A stretch of 64,000 nucleotides of DNA from Lingula anatina (taxonomy: Eukaryota > Animalia > Brachiopoda), in NCBI GenBank assembly GCA_051362555.1, contig CM120640.1, positions 45,982,788 to 46,046,787 of the forward strand. Direction: 5' to 3'. Below, piece by piece: positions 36,642-50,928 of the stretch. The notes under the pieces are model-generated. The model was not told where the DNA came from. It made no database searches and worked only from the letters and a program-made list of their open reading frames with translations. The translations under genes and the position numbers were made by a program. Within the stretch, counting starts at the first letter, position 1; the number at the start of each line of letters is the position of its first letter.

Positions 36642-39169
36642 TACTATAAGAAATTCAATCATGAACTGAATATTCAAATATGACAACATAAGGGACGGAT
36701 GACTGGCACAATTAGGAAACGTCTTTTTTCACTAAAATTACATAAATAATATTGTAAGCCAGATAAATAGGCAGCTAGCTAAGGCTGTCATTCAAATGGC
36801 AATTCCACCAACCAATTTTCCTTTGTGAATCTACCTTCTAAAAACTTTCCCAGCTACATCAATTAGATAACTTCATTGATCTTTACCTGAGACACATTCT
36901 CTATAAATTACTATTTCCTTTGAGGATATAACCTTCATCTATATTTTGCTTCTTAAATGGAGACTATTATATTTCATGAAGTTAAGTGTCATCAATCACC
37001 ATGATGCAATCAGCCATATACCCACATCAATCGAATCCAAATCCCTCTGATGGTGGTACAATTTCAAGTGAGCATGCAATATCTAAAACATCATTTTGAC
37101 ATCAGTCATCATTATGACATCATTTCTTTTTACTTTTGTTAAGTAATACAGTGATTAACTTTTCAAAAATTTCTGAGGGATAACGGTTTTTGCCAGCTGG
37201 TTAAGTTAAGGAGTAGAGTTTTCTGCAAGTTTACAGATGCATCATATAGTTATCTAAAGAAATGTATATACACTGTCTGTAGCTTTGATCATTTGAAGTA
37301 TTGGAAAATTATAAACAATTGCTGGATCTTTATTTCAACCAATACATGTGTATCACCATTTAATTAAGAGATCAGACAGACTACCATACATCTTGTTAAG
37401 TGACATCAACTGATGCGAGACCAAAACCCTTTATAATTGTGCTCCCCATATACACTCTAGACTACTAAACATGACTATTAGTTGGCTTTCTCAACATCAT
37501 TTTGTCTTTACCATACATGTATTATGCACGTGTAGCTTATAGAAAGGCTTTTCTGCATTTTTTTTGTAAATAACAATATATGCCCATTGAATTTTCCAAT
37601 TCTCTTGTCATTGAGTTCAGAAATAAATAACTTTTTATTTTGCCGATAACGCGTTCAACAAGAGCCGATGTATTTTCTTCTTCGTATGTTGATCTTGATA
37701 ATATGAGCCCCATTTGTAGAAATCAGTAATACGTATACGGGACTGGATACATAATAATAAAAGTTTTATTAACGTCTCACGTTAAAAAAAATAGAACCCA
37801 CCCTACTAAGGGTTATGAGAGACTAAAACCTGTGATAGGCCTACTACATTTAAAATGATCACTTATCAATAAAACACACACAAAAAGGATATTACATACA
37901 AAACTTTTCAAACATTCTCTTTGTTGTTACACAAAAAGTCGTGAAAGTTCTTGAATTTTTTGTAAGTAGAATCCCCTTGTAAAACTTCATAGCTTTTACT
38001 TTCTTTTTCCATAATCTCATGCTTAAAGTCTTTTCTTTCTTTTTAGACCCCTATTTTTCAATTTTTTCTTCAGATCTTTATCATGTTTTTTTTTTTCGCA
38101 TTGTTTACCCCCGTGTTCTATTTGCCGATAGTTCGTTATATCCGTTGATTAACTAAGCATTTCTGTTTTTTATTAAAGCACCGTTGATCTCCTAATATTA
38201 TAGTTTTTCTTCCCGCCTTCGAAATGTTCAGCGCAAACACGGTGCCCTGCTTTTGATTCAAACCTGCTATATTTTCCTTTCTTTCTACCATATTTTTCAT
38301 TCTAACAGGTTTGTTGGGAACTTAAGTTATTAAACCTCATGTGTCGATCTCGCTTACTGTTATATTAGCAGTGGGACAAAAAGCACGTAAACCCAGCCAT
38401 GGTTTTTAGCACCACTGTAAGTATTTCGACATATCAGGACTCCCCTACCCACAATGCAATTTCCATTTCCGGAAAAGATGAAAAAGGTCTATACAAACTG
38501 ATATCTTATGTTTCTGCATGCCTCATGTCCTTGAACCGAGTTTAAATTGTGAATGCATAACAATTTGCCGACAAGGTTAAAAAGAAACTACTAGAAGCTT
38601 TGTAAAAGCAGAACTCACTTTTCTGTGAAAAACAGCTTAATTTACTGACAGGTAAAAAGGAACTATTAACCTAAATACAAATACCTTCAAAGAAAGATAT
38701 AGTACCACTGTGTATGTTTTTGTAAACTGTATCATCACTCTCAATTATAGAGAAGAATTACCGTACAACTTTATCTCACTAAGGCAGATGAAATTTACAC
38801 TCTCCCACAGCAGCTCCACAAGATACAGTAGATATAGATTTTGGTAAATGTTTTGATGCAACAGCTTTATCCAAAGAAAAACTCAGAGGGAAAAGATCTG
38901 GCCTATAGATGAGATGTATTTAGATCATTAAACAATACACAAAAGCAATATTTTGGAAAATATAATCAAGTTGGGCAATTAGTACATGTACTTCCAGATA
39001 GCAACAATCACTTGAAAAAAACAACACAAAGTACCAGTACTACCCAGTACCATACCAATATAACCCAACAGAATTACCAGTATTGATATAATTGTCAGAA
39101 GAAATTACCCAATTGCCTGAGAAAATCAGCTTACATGAAGTATTGATTAGCTGGTCCCTGCAAAACCAA

Positions 39170-39172
<3 letters not shown>

Positions 39173-39260
<88 letters not shown>

Positions 39261-39336
39261 GTACACGAACACACACACTTAGTTATATAAGGGTATATGC
39301 ACGCACACGAACACACACACTTAGTTATATAAGGGT
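39173..39336. repeat. (AT)n microsatellite followed by a ~42-bp tandem duplication
   Basis: AT run to ~39256, then GCACG(T/C)ACACGAACACACACACTTAGTTATATAAGGGT twice. Confidence 0.9.
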
Positions 39337-39438
39337 GATATACTTGTGTGAATATCTTGATACCAAATGTTGCATTTTTCTTGCAATATATAATACATAA
39401 TTTCACAATTTCAAATGTGGTTCATACCACAACTTTAA

Positions 39439-39940
39439 GGCTTTGTTCACATGGAAAGTCTATTTTCTAAAAATCTATTTTCTATTCGTGGTATCTTATG
39501 ATCACAGTCTGTGCCCTGAATATCCCGCGGCGTAATTACTGGCAGCGCGAGCCAGTTACTTATACAAAGCTGTAATTAATTCTTGGCTGTGCTCGCATTC
39601 TATAAAATCTCATCCTCCGTTGCCGCATCGCTTGCCATCGGATCATGACAGTTGCACTCGAATCTGTAGTGTGTATAGCTTCTTCATCTTCTTCGTCTTG
39701 TTGTTGCACAAAATCGACAAACACATTTTTCAAAGCAACCGCGACCGCCATTAACTTTCTAACTTCCTACTGCGAATCTCCTCTGAGCACAGCCGAGAAT
39801 AAATTACAGCTTTTGAAGTAACTGGCTCACGCTGCCAGAAATTACGCCGAGGGATATTCAGGGCACAGACCATGATCACAAGATATACCGCAAATAGAAA
39901 ATAGATTTTTAGAAAATAGACTTTCCATGTGAACGAAGCC
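39439..39940. mobile_element. PIF/Harbinger-type non-autonomous element with ~120-bp TIRs and TAA TSD
   Basis: TAA|GGCTTTGTTCACATGGAAAGTCTATTTTCTAAAAATCTATTTTCTATT...AATAGAAAATAGATTTTTAGAAAATAGACTTTCCATGTGAACGAAGCC|TAA; short internal ORF 39751-39560 (-). Confidence 0.88.
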
Positions 39941-41244
39941 TAAGAATACATACAAAAGGCATTCAAGGAATTCTGTAGTGCTTATTCCATTACCATATAC
40001 CACGAAAAGAACAGGATTAAATAATGTTCAAAAAGGGTATTCTCTCTGTCTATAAATTAATATTGACAAATTTTTATTTATTTTTTTAAATTCAAATATT
40101 TTTCAAGGACTAAAATGATGGAATACTAGCCCTTTTCAAAGCTAATAACAATATGAAGTATTTTTCAAGGTCAAAAACTTCAAGGTGCCAAGCTAAGTCC
40201 AAGCACTTTTCAAGCCTATCTAAACCTTGACCACATGCAGGAGGAGCCACCACTAAAAAAGCTCAAGCCTGTACATACATATTTATAAACAAAGTAAATA
40301 CCTATCAACAGTACATACGGATGGAGATAAAAAACAAGGCAGCAAAGCTGTCAAATGTACAGACAAAAAGCAGGAAATAACAAAACAGGCTACTGTCAAT
40401 TCTGATGCAAAAGTACATTATGTTAAACTGCAAATTCAACATTAAATTTTAATTATACTCAACAGGTAATACCAATGTAAGTAAAATGTGTCACAAGCAT
40501 AAGGCTTCAGGCCCACGGGAGTTCAAGTTCACACTTTGAAAATGTATAACTTCCAGAAAAAGAAGTAGATTAGACTGCTTTTCCAACTCAGGTTGCATTT
40601 TAGTCCTGTATTTCTTTTTTGAAAGTTTGGCAATCATAAGTAACATGGTTTTCCCATAATGGTCATCATGGCAGCAGCACCCAAAATTGTGTTTTCTTCT
40701 ATTCTGATGCAATATTACATAATGGTTAACAGCATAATGACAATCAATTTTTAATAATAAAATATACGTATCATGGATTTTCAGAAAATGTGACTAGCAT
40801 GGGTCTTCAAGCCTGTGGAACTTCAGAGTCACAACTTGAAAATGCCAAAATGTAAACAAGACAGCACTGTTCTGAAATGTTTTTTTTCCCATTTTTAACA
40901 ATTTTTAACATAAAACAAAATTAACAGTTTACTGCCATTTTTATATGATCAACTAAAAAAATTGATGAGATGGGACAAATATCAATAGAGCAGTGTTAAA
41001 TGTCCAATTTCTTCCATTCTGAGATTCTGAACATAGTGAATGATTGAATCTGACAAACTGCAATGATATGAGTTTATTTCCATTTTTGAAACTTTATTAC
41101 ACAATACACGATAACAAGTTTACCATCATTTTTACAAAATCAACTAACAATGTTGTAAATATGCAGGAAATGTCAAACAAACACTTTTTTGTATCTTATT
41201 AATCAAATAATGAAACTGTTAACATGCCTAAGAATTGAATCTCA

Positions 41245-41662
41245 GGAAATGTGAAAAAACAGCATAACTTCTAAAATAATGGCCCGATTATGCTGATTTT
41301 TGAACTCAACCTGCCTTTTAGCAGGATTGACCACTCCTGTGAGTTTCATGACAACAGGCCTAACGGTTTTCCTTAAAATGTGTTTACAGGGTTGCATATA
41401 TGCTGAAAAGTGAAAAAACAGCATTACTTCTACAATAATGGCCCAATCATGCTGATTTTTGAACTTGACCTGCATTTTATGAATATTCATCAGCTCTGTA
41501 AATATAAAGCCAAAAAGTAAAACTGTCCTCCACTTATCGTGTTTACAAGGAAAGTGCACGGCAACGGCATCGGCATCGGCACCGGCATCGGCGACGGCGA
41601 CGGCGATGACAGACGCAGGTGATGGCAATATGTACAGACACATCTGTGTCTGTACATAAAAA
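41245..41662 (+). mobile_element. Helentron-associated (HINE/DINE-1/pearl-like) non-autonomous element, 3' part
   Basis: Internal tandem units with 159-bp period (41251, 41410), then a GC-rich (CGGCAT/CGGCGA)n microsatellite at ~41558-41605, then a terminal hairpin ATGTACAGACACA/TGTGTCTGTACAT (41630-41657) followed by an A-run. Confidence 0.7.
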
Positions 41663-43832
41663 TGAATAAAGACATATTGTTAACTTAGTAAGGTAATTTA
41701 ACATTAACATGAAGATCTTTAAATTCTTACCAAGTACAGAAAAAAAAAAATAACGGGAAATGAAACAAATTTCAGCTTACAACTGGCAATTGAGAATAAA
41801 ATCTCTGCAAGATACGGACAATAATGTTGCTGATCCCGACCTGTAAATAAAGGACTAAAATTGGGGTTTAAAGCAGCTTGGCTATTCTCAATCAATACAT
41901 TTGATCGGTAAGCAAGTGGTTGACCAATCTTCCACAGAGTGAGAAAGAGAGAGACAACATATGTGGAGTGATATTCTCCCTGGACCACTCCAATGTAAAA
42001 TGCCCAGCCAAGCCTGGCACAATTATCATCAATTTGTGAGCTGCTCTAAAACACTCGCAAATCTTCTTAATGTTTCTGCTGACCAACTATACTTGATTTT
42101 ATTTAGATATATATTTGTTTTGTATCATTGCAAAAAATGACCTAGCAATTAAATGATCTGAAATAGAATTCATGGTCACAATTGAAACTGTGATTTTCCT
42201 TTATGTTTGTCACATATTTCTGTCTGTGAAGTGAAAATATTTCTTATATCAAATATTACTTGTGCCATGCAGTGTATGCATGGTTTATCTTTAACCTTGA
42301 AAAACTGTGCAAATATCTTTAAAGCATTTGTATTGTAACCTCCCTAAATAGATTAGGATGGATAAAAGCACTCAGCTTCTGTTCTTCTATTTGCATTATT
42401 GATGAGAGAGGGAAAATATGAGAATTACAACATCTGGGTTCTTTGAAGTTGAGCCCAGAATAATAATCAACTGTTTGGGGTGTTCTTTGTCTTAGTTTGA
42501 AAAAAAAAACTTCAATAAATCATAAATGCCAAGATTTACACAGTTTTCCACATAAAAAGTGCTTTTTAAGGATCTGTATTATTTAGCACTGAATTTCATA
42601 TTCTGATAAATGGAAAAATCAAGTAAGAGATATATTAATGACATTGTTATTCACATGCATTTAAGATTCTGATATTGCCAAGCTGAACTGGCATTCTGAA
42701 TAGCAGACAAAAACTGTATTTGTACTAGCACAAATTCAGACGAAAAAACAGCCAGAAATCATTAAAATAAGTAAACCAAGATACACAAGGTCAATTTGAA
42801 CGATTGGGTCTGGCAGAAAGGGTAGGGGCTATTTTCTCAATATGAGTATTGTCAATTATCAGTGGATTTGCAGCCATTTAAAGGAATCTGAAGACAGGTA
42901 TGTGTAATATGATCTTTTTTTTTTTACTCATCAGCAAAATAAGGAACAAAATTTAATTTGCCATCATGCAAGTGTTTAATATGGAATAATCAAACAGAAA
43001 AAAATCTTTTTTTTTCTGTATTTTTCTGTATTACACATCTTCAGCATAGGGAGATTACATGATTTGTGATGTATTTTCACAACATTACTGCATTCATTAT
43101 TATAATATTGTAATCCCCTTATCACATGCAGAAACAAAGGGCAAAACCTTAAAAATAAATTACATGAACACAAGGCTACCAAAATAAAGTGAATCTTTGA
43201 TGGAGAATATCTCTTCCTTCCTCTCAGCTTTTGTAAAAAAAAAAAAAAAAAAATGCATGTACATGCACACGCAGGCACATACACAGATTAAGTGAGAGAA
43301 ATAAAGCCAGTCTTTTGGCTTCCCATGTACCTTCTCCCACTGCCCTTAAATGCCCATACCTTAGAAAAAAATCTGAATCCATGCCTGCATGCTCAAAAAC
43401 TTTATACTGGAAGTTGTAAAAGTATTCTCAAATCTTTGTTAAATGCATTTATTATGGATTTTATCAACTGTTTCTTTTTAAGTTCATCTTAGTGGGGAAG
43501 GGGGGGGGGAGAAAAAATGCCTTTGAATGGTTGCATGTTATATTTCGATTTCTCAGACACTAATGCCAAAAGGGAATATAGGTACTCATGCAACCCACAC
43601 TTGGAATAAGCTAGCTTCCGTATTTCATAAAAAGAGAAAGACCTCTGTTGGTAAAATTTTTACTATGAAAAGAATATGCATAACTCACAGGTCTTTTATG
43701 CAAGTCTAATATCTTCATGTTTGTAAGTAATGCCTATATGGTACTGAGACAGTGCAATCACAGTGGCTTATTAATCTAGAGAGATTTATAATGAATAACA
43801 TAACTTGAATAATTCCTCTGCTGTGTTTTTGC

Positions 43833-43865
<33 letters not shown>

Positions 43866-44433
43866 GAGAAAGAGTCTCACTACAGTGGATGCCAAACTCC
43901 CAAAACAATCCAAGACCTTGATAAGCTCCTATGCTCTTTATTTTCTAAAACCATGCATTCTCTCACTTGGAAATCATCTGCACACATTAACCTTTACGAA
44001 GATTTTTTTTCAAATAATGTTTCCCTAGAGATGTTATAAGAAAACATATCCTTGAGCTAAATGAATGAGTGTCAATCAACTAGAAGACATGACTGACACT
44101 TACGGCTTTTCCTTGTGTTAACACCCTTCTTTCAATGCAGTGTTTTTATGTATCTGAATTCACGCATTTGTTTCTAATATTTCAAATACAAAATATGTAT
44201 GTATGTGTATGTGTATGTGTGAGGAGAGAGGGGGAAACCATAATATTTCCCCTTGTTATGTTCTTAATAAGTTGGAAATTAAAAGGAAAGACACTGAACA
44301 ATATACTAACAACAATGAGAAAGGAATTGCTGACCAGTAATCTCAAGATTTCACACATTTTCAAACGCTCAGTGCTGGCATCAAAGCCCTAGGACAAAGA
44401 AAAAAACTCAGGTGTTTTGCAGAGAAACCTTAC

Positions 44434-44546
44434 CTTAAATTCAATTTCTAAGAGGTTCCGTTTCTTCTTTTCTTTGAGCACTTCTTGGAATTTTTCCACT
44501 GGAATGGACTCTCTTGACACTGCCTGGATGTCTTGTTCTTCAGTGG
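44434..44546 (-). CDS. Ptp36E: Ptp36E-like PTP exon: pre-D1/wedge region (ATEEQDIQAVSRESIPVEKFQEVLKEKKKRNLLEIEFK)
   Basis: ttttatag|...|gtaagg, 113 nt; IPVxxF...LExEF pattern typical of the segment before PTP D1. Confidence 0.88.
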
Positions 44547-45889
44547 CTATAAAAGTAAAGGGATATCATTGTCTTATTATGAGTCATATATTCAAATATA
44601 TCAATATATATTTTAAGGTAAATAGATGATAAATAAATATCCGTACACAGCATATTTTGTGATCAATTAGCACCATTCCACTAGAATGTTAAATTTTCGT
44701 AACATTCAAATAAATTGGGAGTGTTCAAGTGTTGGGCACCAACATTTTGACAAATATACCTATTGGCATAAATATATCATGTCTAAACTCTGTTAATTAT
44801 AAATTTTTGCCTGGGAATGCAAGGTTCTTAAAAGACTGGCCGTTTTTCCTAATTATCAAATCTTGTACATAATCAGTGTGTTCTTTATTAATATTCCCTT
44901 ATCAATGGGCTTGATGAAAAAAAATTTCAATAAAAATCTAGCTTGTAGCATGAAACCTGTCCGTGTACTGGCACTAACACATACATATTATATAATATGA
45001 TTATTAAACTATATGAGGTTTAAATGAAATTCTAGGAATACACAACACTTATCACCAGATGTCTGTATCATTCATTATATCTTTATTAGGAAGTGCAGTA
45101 GGACTGGCCTGGTCAGTATCCCACATCTTCATTTATCAAGTGCTAATTCCAAGGCAAGAACAAAGACTGTTACATACCAGGCAATATGAATACCAATGTA
45201 GACACTCTCGTCAAAGTCTAAGAATAGCTGTAACCTTTTGAATGTATTTGATTAGAATAACAAGAGATTTCTTAAGAGAGACTTCTTAAGAATGATTTCC
45301 TCTAATAACCCATGCTGCACACTACACACTGATACTCAGGTGTCATGCTAGCGCATATTTTCCTCCTGCCAATCAAATAAAAACTTTTCAACCAACATTT
45401 GTGATCACAAGAGCTTGGTGTATTAGCTGCTACTCAAAAGGCTTGGTTTTCATTTGTGACAATTAAATTCCTGGGCCAATGATTGGCAAAAATGATCCAT
45501 TCTAGCCAGCACAAGGATAGGGACATGGGTACAATGAACTTTTCCCTGCCTGAAGCCACATGGTTGCATGTAAAAACTGAGAATAATGTTTCCTGGAATG
45601 ATTTCTCAGAGGCAAAATCAAATTGATAAATAATTTCTCTTGGGCAAGGCTAATGTGTTTAATATCTTATTGGCCCTTTGGCCTTTGATTGCATGTCAAT
45701 GAAGAGCTTTAAGGAAGGTAAAATACTGCAGTTGTGACATAGACTCTCCCCTCAACTTTGGATCCATTCACTCATAAAATAAGATGGCTCACAGGATTTT
45801 TTCCCCGCCAACATCATCAGTGTATAGTAATAAGCTTGTTTGCAACCTAACCATAGTCAGTCTTGTAACAATAGGGACCCATTTATTAA

Positions 45890-46124
45890 GGGCCCATACC
45901 CAACTAAACTTCCTACATAGATCGATCCACCTATACAAGGACTCTTGCTGAGTGCAATCAGATTTACAGATAAACATGCCTCATCTTATTTCTAATGCAG
46001 ACGTATAGTCACCAGCCTTTCAATATTCTACGTAACCCAGGAGGTGGGGTGTTAATCTGTTAATCTGATTGCATTCAGCAAGAGTCCCGGAGGAGCTGGA
46101 TTGATCTAATTAGAAAGATGACCC
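45890..46124. mobile_element. MITE family A, diverged copy
   Basis: Shares GGACTCTTGCTG...TGCAATCAG and CTGATTGCATTCAGCAAGAGTCCC with 591-840; starts TAA|GGGCCCAT. Confidence 0.75.
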
Positions 46125-49100
46125 TTGCATCCCAATGACAGGTTAATAACCTTTTTTTAATATTCTACGTGTTACTCTGACACATCATTCTCAATAAAGT
46201 GGATGATAAATTCTACCATTGATCTAGCCTTAGCAAATATTTTTTTAAAAGTTTATTAACTTGCAACATAGGTTCTTTTGCAGCTAAAATATGGCCTGAG
46301 AGGATCAAGTGTTAGTTCTTATAATGAGTATTGTAAGTTTCCTCCAACCTTACCATGGCCAAAGAAAAAAATAGTTATTTTTTCAACTTACAGGTTATTT
46401 TCATATCTATGTCAAACAGGGATATTAAATCTCAGCAAATACATGAATAAGTTGTATCTATCAGACCATGAACATCAAACCTCAATTCCAATACCATACC
46501 ATATGTTATTGTTTATGTAGACTATCATGGTTACCATATGTTACAATACAGGACTGCATGCATGCAATGAGACTAAGCCAACAATGAAGCATTGCGTAGT
46601 TAATCTAATGGTCTTTGTGACCATGCTAACATTTCATACTTTTACACTACATCACTCAGTTGTGCCTATATAAAGAAATGCTAAAAGATTTACCTGTGCA
46701 TTTGACTAGATTCCTTGAGCAGAGAAGCATTATATGAGTAAGTTAACACTTTTCAATGTGGCTTGAGTTCACTGCTAAACTGTATTTATAAAATGTATAT
46801 TCCAGAAAAGAACTCCTTCCTCTCTATAGATGTCGACCATAAAGTAAAAAACTCGAGATGTTCAAGGCAGCAAATAAAATGTGCCGAACTGATGGGTTAT
46901 GATAGCATGGATCCCTCACAGACTGGCCCTTCTAATACTATTGCCATATTAAATATGCTTTCAGATCTGAGGGATGTGTTCTACTAGATACATCCATGCT
47001 GGTAGTTTCTCCTTATCAGTGAAATAATGAGAACAATACATCCCTGCTCCCTCAGAAGTGCAATCAATTTATTATGCAATATAATTTCAATAAATTATAA
47101 GATATGGCATGGAGCAGAAACAATAGATCTACAGGCCCTTGATGCTATCTGACACAGCAGTGAATTGCATTCCTAAAAGCATGAAAAATTCTGTTACATG
47201 GAGATAAAAACTAATGAAATCCCTGAAATTGTATTGTGAACTGCTTTGACAAGCACAGATGTTTTCCTGCATTACTTCTGACAGTCCTATGCAGCTACAG
47301 GTTCACTTTCAACAAATCATTTACAGAACTGATATTTCAGGATTCTCTTTGAGCGAGGAGAATGGCATTTTAATGTTCAAAACCACAATAAGGTGGTTTA
47401 ATCTACATAAATATGACTGTAGTGGCCTTGTTCACAAAAATACAAACTTAAAATGAAAAAAAAAAAAATTTAATAACTGATATCACCAGAAGGTTTTGTG
47501 ACTCAACAGGAAATCCAAATTAAGGTCTAAGCAATTTTGGAAACTACACACCAACTTCTTTTCTAGTTATGTCAATAATTAGTCTAATTAAAGGTATATT
47601 AGGCCTGGTGAGAAAGAGGCATTATTCCACAATGTAAACTTCTGCAGTTTTGTCATACCAAAATCCACTGCATGCATTTGCATGATCAATACTTGACTTT
47701 AATAGTGCCAAGGGAATTCAACTAACAGCAAATTGTTAGTTTGACATTTTTCATTTCCGTACTTGCAATCTTAATCAGTGACAATTTTGGATAAATCACA
47801 GATATCTTAGAAACATGGGCTCACTACCCCCCCCCCCCCCCCCCCCATACACACACAATATTTTATAAGGAATAGCAGTAAAACAAAACCCTCCAATTAC
47901 ACAATTTTCAAAATTTTATTTGCAATGTGATGACTTAAATTTGATATCTCTGATACATGGTTGGAAATCATAGTACACCAAATACTTTTTCAGCTTTTCA
48001 TCAACTTGTGCCCATGACTTTACTGTCAGACTTGTACTTTTACCCATTTGAATATACAGAATCTGTACTTTCTATCCTAAGGCCTAATAAAAAACATCAT
48101 AAAAATCTCTATCATTTTTATTGCCCCTTGATTTTTAACCAAGAACAATATCTGTAGTTAATGGAAATGTTGCAAACTTTGATGGTAATAAATAGCTGTT
48201 GATTTGTAGTAATTTGAAATGCAGACTAATGCACATCATATGTAACCATAGACAGAAAATGTTTGTTTTCACAGATAAAAAGACATTATCACAGTTTCCC
48301 TAAAATGTTTTCTAAGAAATCTCCATAAATAACTATACATGGGCAATCTGACCATTCCGTCTAGCAATCTAGAGCATTTTCTGAAACCAGCAGATAAATC
48401 ACTGAATATTTATTTGGTGATAAATATGTAAAATTCTCCATAACCCAACTAAAAAGAATAAAAAAGAGGGATTAACTTGATGTCTTCGATGACATAGGAC
48501 TTGAATATAACAGAAAAAAATGTTACTATGCCTTTCTAGGTATAAGAACCACATTATGCTCCAAGAAATTGTACACTGTCATATTACAGAAATGAATGTT
48601 CCAGTACAGAATCAAATTGAACTGAATAGATTTAAGAAAACATATCCAAAGCATCATTTAGTTGGTCTACTACTTATATATAACCAGGGTCAAGACTATA
48701 TCTTTTTAGACTGTTAAAAAATTAGCTTTCACTTCGAGTTTTAGACTGGGTTCCCATGCCTAGATCGATCCATCTAGATAAGAATAATAAGTTACATTGT
48801 TTTCCTTTTACAAAGTTAATGGAGATAGTGTGTGGCAATAGTGACAGTGAGGCTCACGGAATAACAGATGCAGGTGATTGTTTAATCCCCTGACACAATG
48901 CCTATCCATAAAAATCTACTAAAAATCTACTGTTAAACGTAATGTTATCAACAACACAACAACCCTAGAAATCAATGGAATCTGACGCAAAGATATGAAC
49001 AGTTGGCAACCATAGACTTTTTATCAGTAAAAAAACACACTGCTTTTATCACGTGCATTCAATTCTTTGCTTTTATCAGTGTTAGTGTAACTTAGGGAGC

Positions 49101-50652
49101 TACTGTGAACACAATAAAGGTGTCTATTTGTAGCAAACAGTTAAATTACAACTTAATCCGTATTAAAATCAATTTGGTAAGTGGAGTTATTATAGATGGC
49201 TGTATTCAAATTGGGAATTCAGACACACACATGCACCTCTTTTCATTACATCATGTTTTAGGACTTATTGCTACAGGTTTTCTCTTATTTTCTCAAATAC
49301 AGTTCTATAGATGGAAGTCAGGCTTCCTATTTCCCTACAAAGTGAAACAGTAATCATAAAACAGAACATTTCAATGGACTAAACAAATCATAACGTGTCA
49401 GACTTTTCTCCATAAAAAAGGGCTAATCGAGTTATACAACATCCACTGCAGGAAAGATATCTCTGATTACTGGATGATGCAAATTAAATCTAATAAGAAC
49501 ATCAGGCTTGCTAACATTACGGCACTCAATATCCTTAGATACCTTAACACATTATATCAATATCATGACACCTGAAAATAATGGGACTCAATCCGAAACA
49601 TGCGCAGAATATGTGTAAATATAAAAGTTTGAGAACCAATCTTTCTGTTATTATTTCTAACATAACAGTGGTTTGACAGCTGCTGTGGTCTGATCACATC
49701 CAAAAAGTTTCAAGTCAGCACTTGAGAGCTTCCAGCCCGGTTGACCAGACAATCTAATGTACTCTGGATCGATATTCATGTAACTAAATGTAAAATGCAT
49801 TGTCATGTATGCGCACACACCATGCTGGCAGTTGAGTATCAGATTTGTTAGGAGTCAAGATAAAAACTGCTTGATAGATTGTTATATTTGTGATGCATGC
49901 CATGATACATCAATCCTATTCAGAGTATTAATGGAGAAATGTATTAATAGCACATAATAAAGAGAAATATTCCAAAAATATTATTTGTTTTACATAATGT
50001 ATCTATTAATCATTCATATTTTCAGATGCACCACTTTCATTACTATGGTTTCTTTTCAATACTCGATAACATGTAAAGATTTTTTGAGTGCAACAATTCT
50101 ACTGAAAGGCACAGCCTTCCAAGTGGTTTAAAACTGCTGTACAAATTTCAGTCCAGTACCTTTCCTATTTGTATCACATGTTGCTTTTTGTCTCAGATAT
50201 CTGGCACAACTTGTCAATATTCAAGCAAACAAAAAACCTCTCTAGATAATTGATAAGTAGTTACTTAGCTACCCTTATTAGTGCAACACAGGGTGAAACC
50301 AGAAACAATTCAGAGAAATGAAATTAAATTATCTCCATACATTTATATTTCCAGGAAATATACGTTATATAATTTATTCCTCAAATAACCCTTTTCCCTG
50401 AAGCAGCATATCTTTTATTATGACAATCTTTTACCACATGAAATACTAACAAAGTTTAAAAGGCTTGATTGGGAGTGGCTTGCCATTTTTTCAACCTCTT
50501 AATACTGCCAATACAGAATTTAGTCTCATTTTTTTAAATTCTGCCTACTGATTTCTGAAACAACTAAACAAAATTGAGAGATATGACAATTAATTAAGTC
50601 AGTTAAGATCAATAAAAGTAATAAATGATATTCAAAAAAAAAAGAAACTTTT

Positions 50653-50928
50653 CAGGCCTACCCAACTACCAGACTCGGCACATAAGGATCCCGAATTAAC
50701 TGGTATATCGGACCACACTACCCGTTTTCAAGGTATGTGTCAGATCGCATTTTGGAGTATCAGTCAGAACACCGACAGGATGAGCCCGCGGTCATCCTAT
50801 AAAATTTGTTCTGGGGTATGATACTCCGAAATGGGATCTGAGACACACCTTGAAAACGGGTAGTGTGGCCCGATATACCAGTTAATTCAGGATCCTTATG
50901 TGCCGAGTCTGGTAGACGGGTAGGCCTG
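50653..50928. mobile_element. MITE with ~108-bp TIRs, CAGG ends and 5-bp TSD (CTTTT)
   Basis: CTTTT|CAGGCCTACCC..CTACCAGACTCGGCACATAAGGATCC...GGATCCTTATGTGCCGAGTCTGGTAG..GGGTAGGCCTG|CTTTT. Confidence 0.88.

Noticed and set aside
37540-38495. CpG-richer intronic block ending ...GAAAAAGGTCTATA, possibly a DNA-transposon remnant
   Set aside because: No matching left terminus, TSD or coding motif could be identified by eye
39040-39406. ORFs with YIYIYI runs (also 9587-9877, 24827-25024, 35019-35269)
   Set aside because: Translations of microsatellites
45050-45130. Minus-strand ATG-initiated peptide MWDTDQASPTALPNKDIMNDTDIW near the 44546 exon, as an alternative first exon
   Set aside because: The only nearby donor (TG|gtgata) is phase 2 whereas the downstream acceptor needs phase 1; read-through hits TGA
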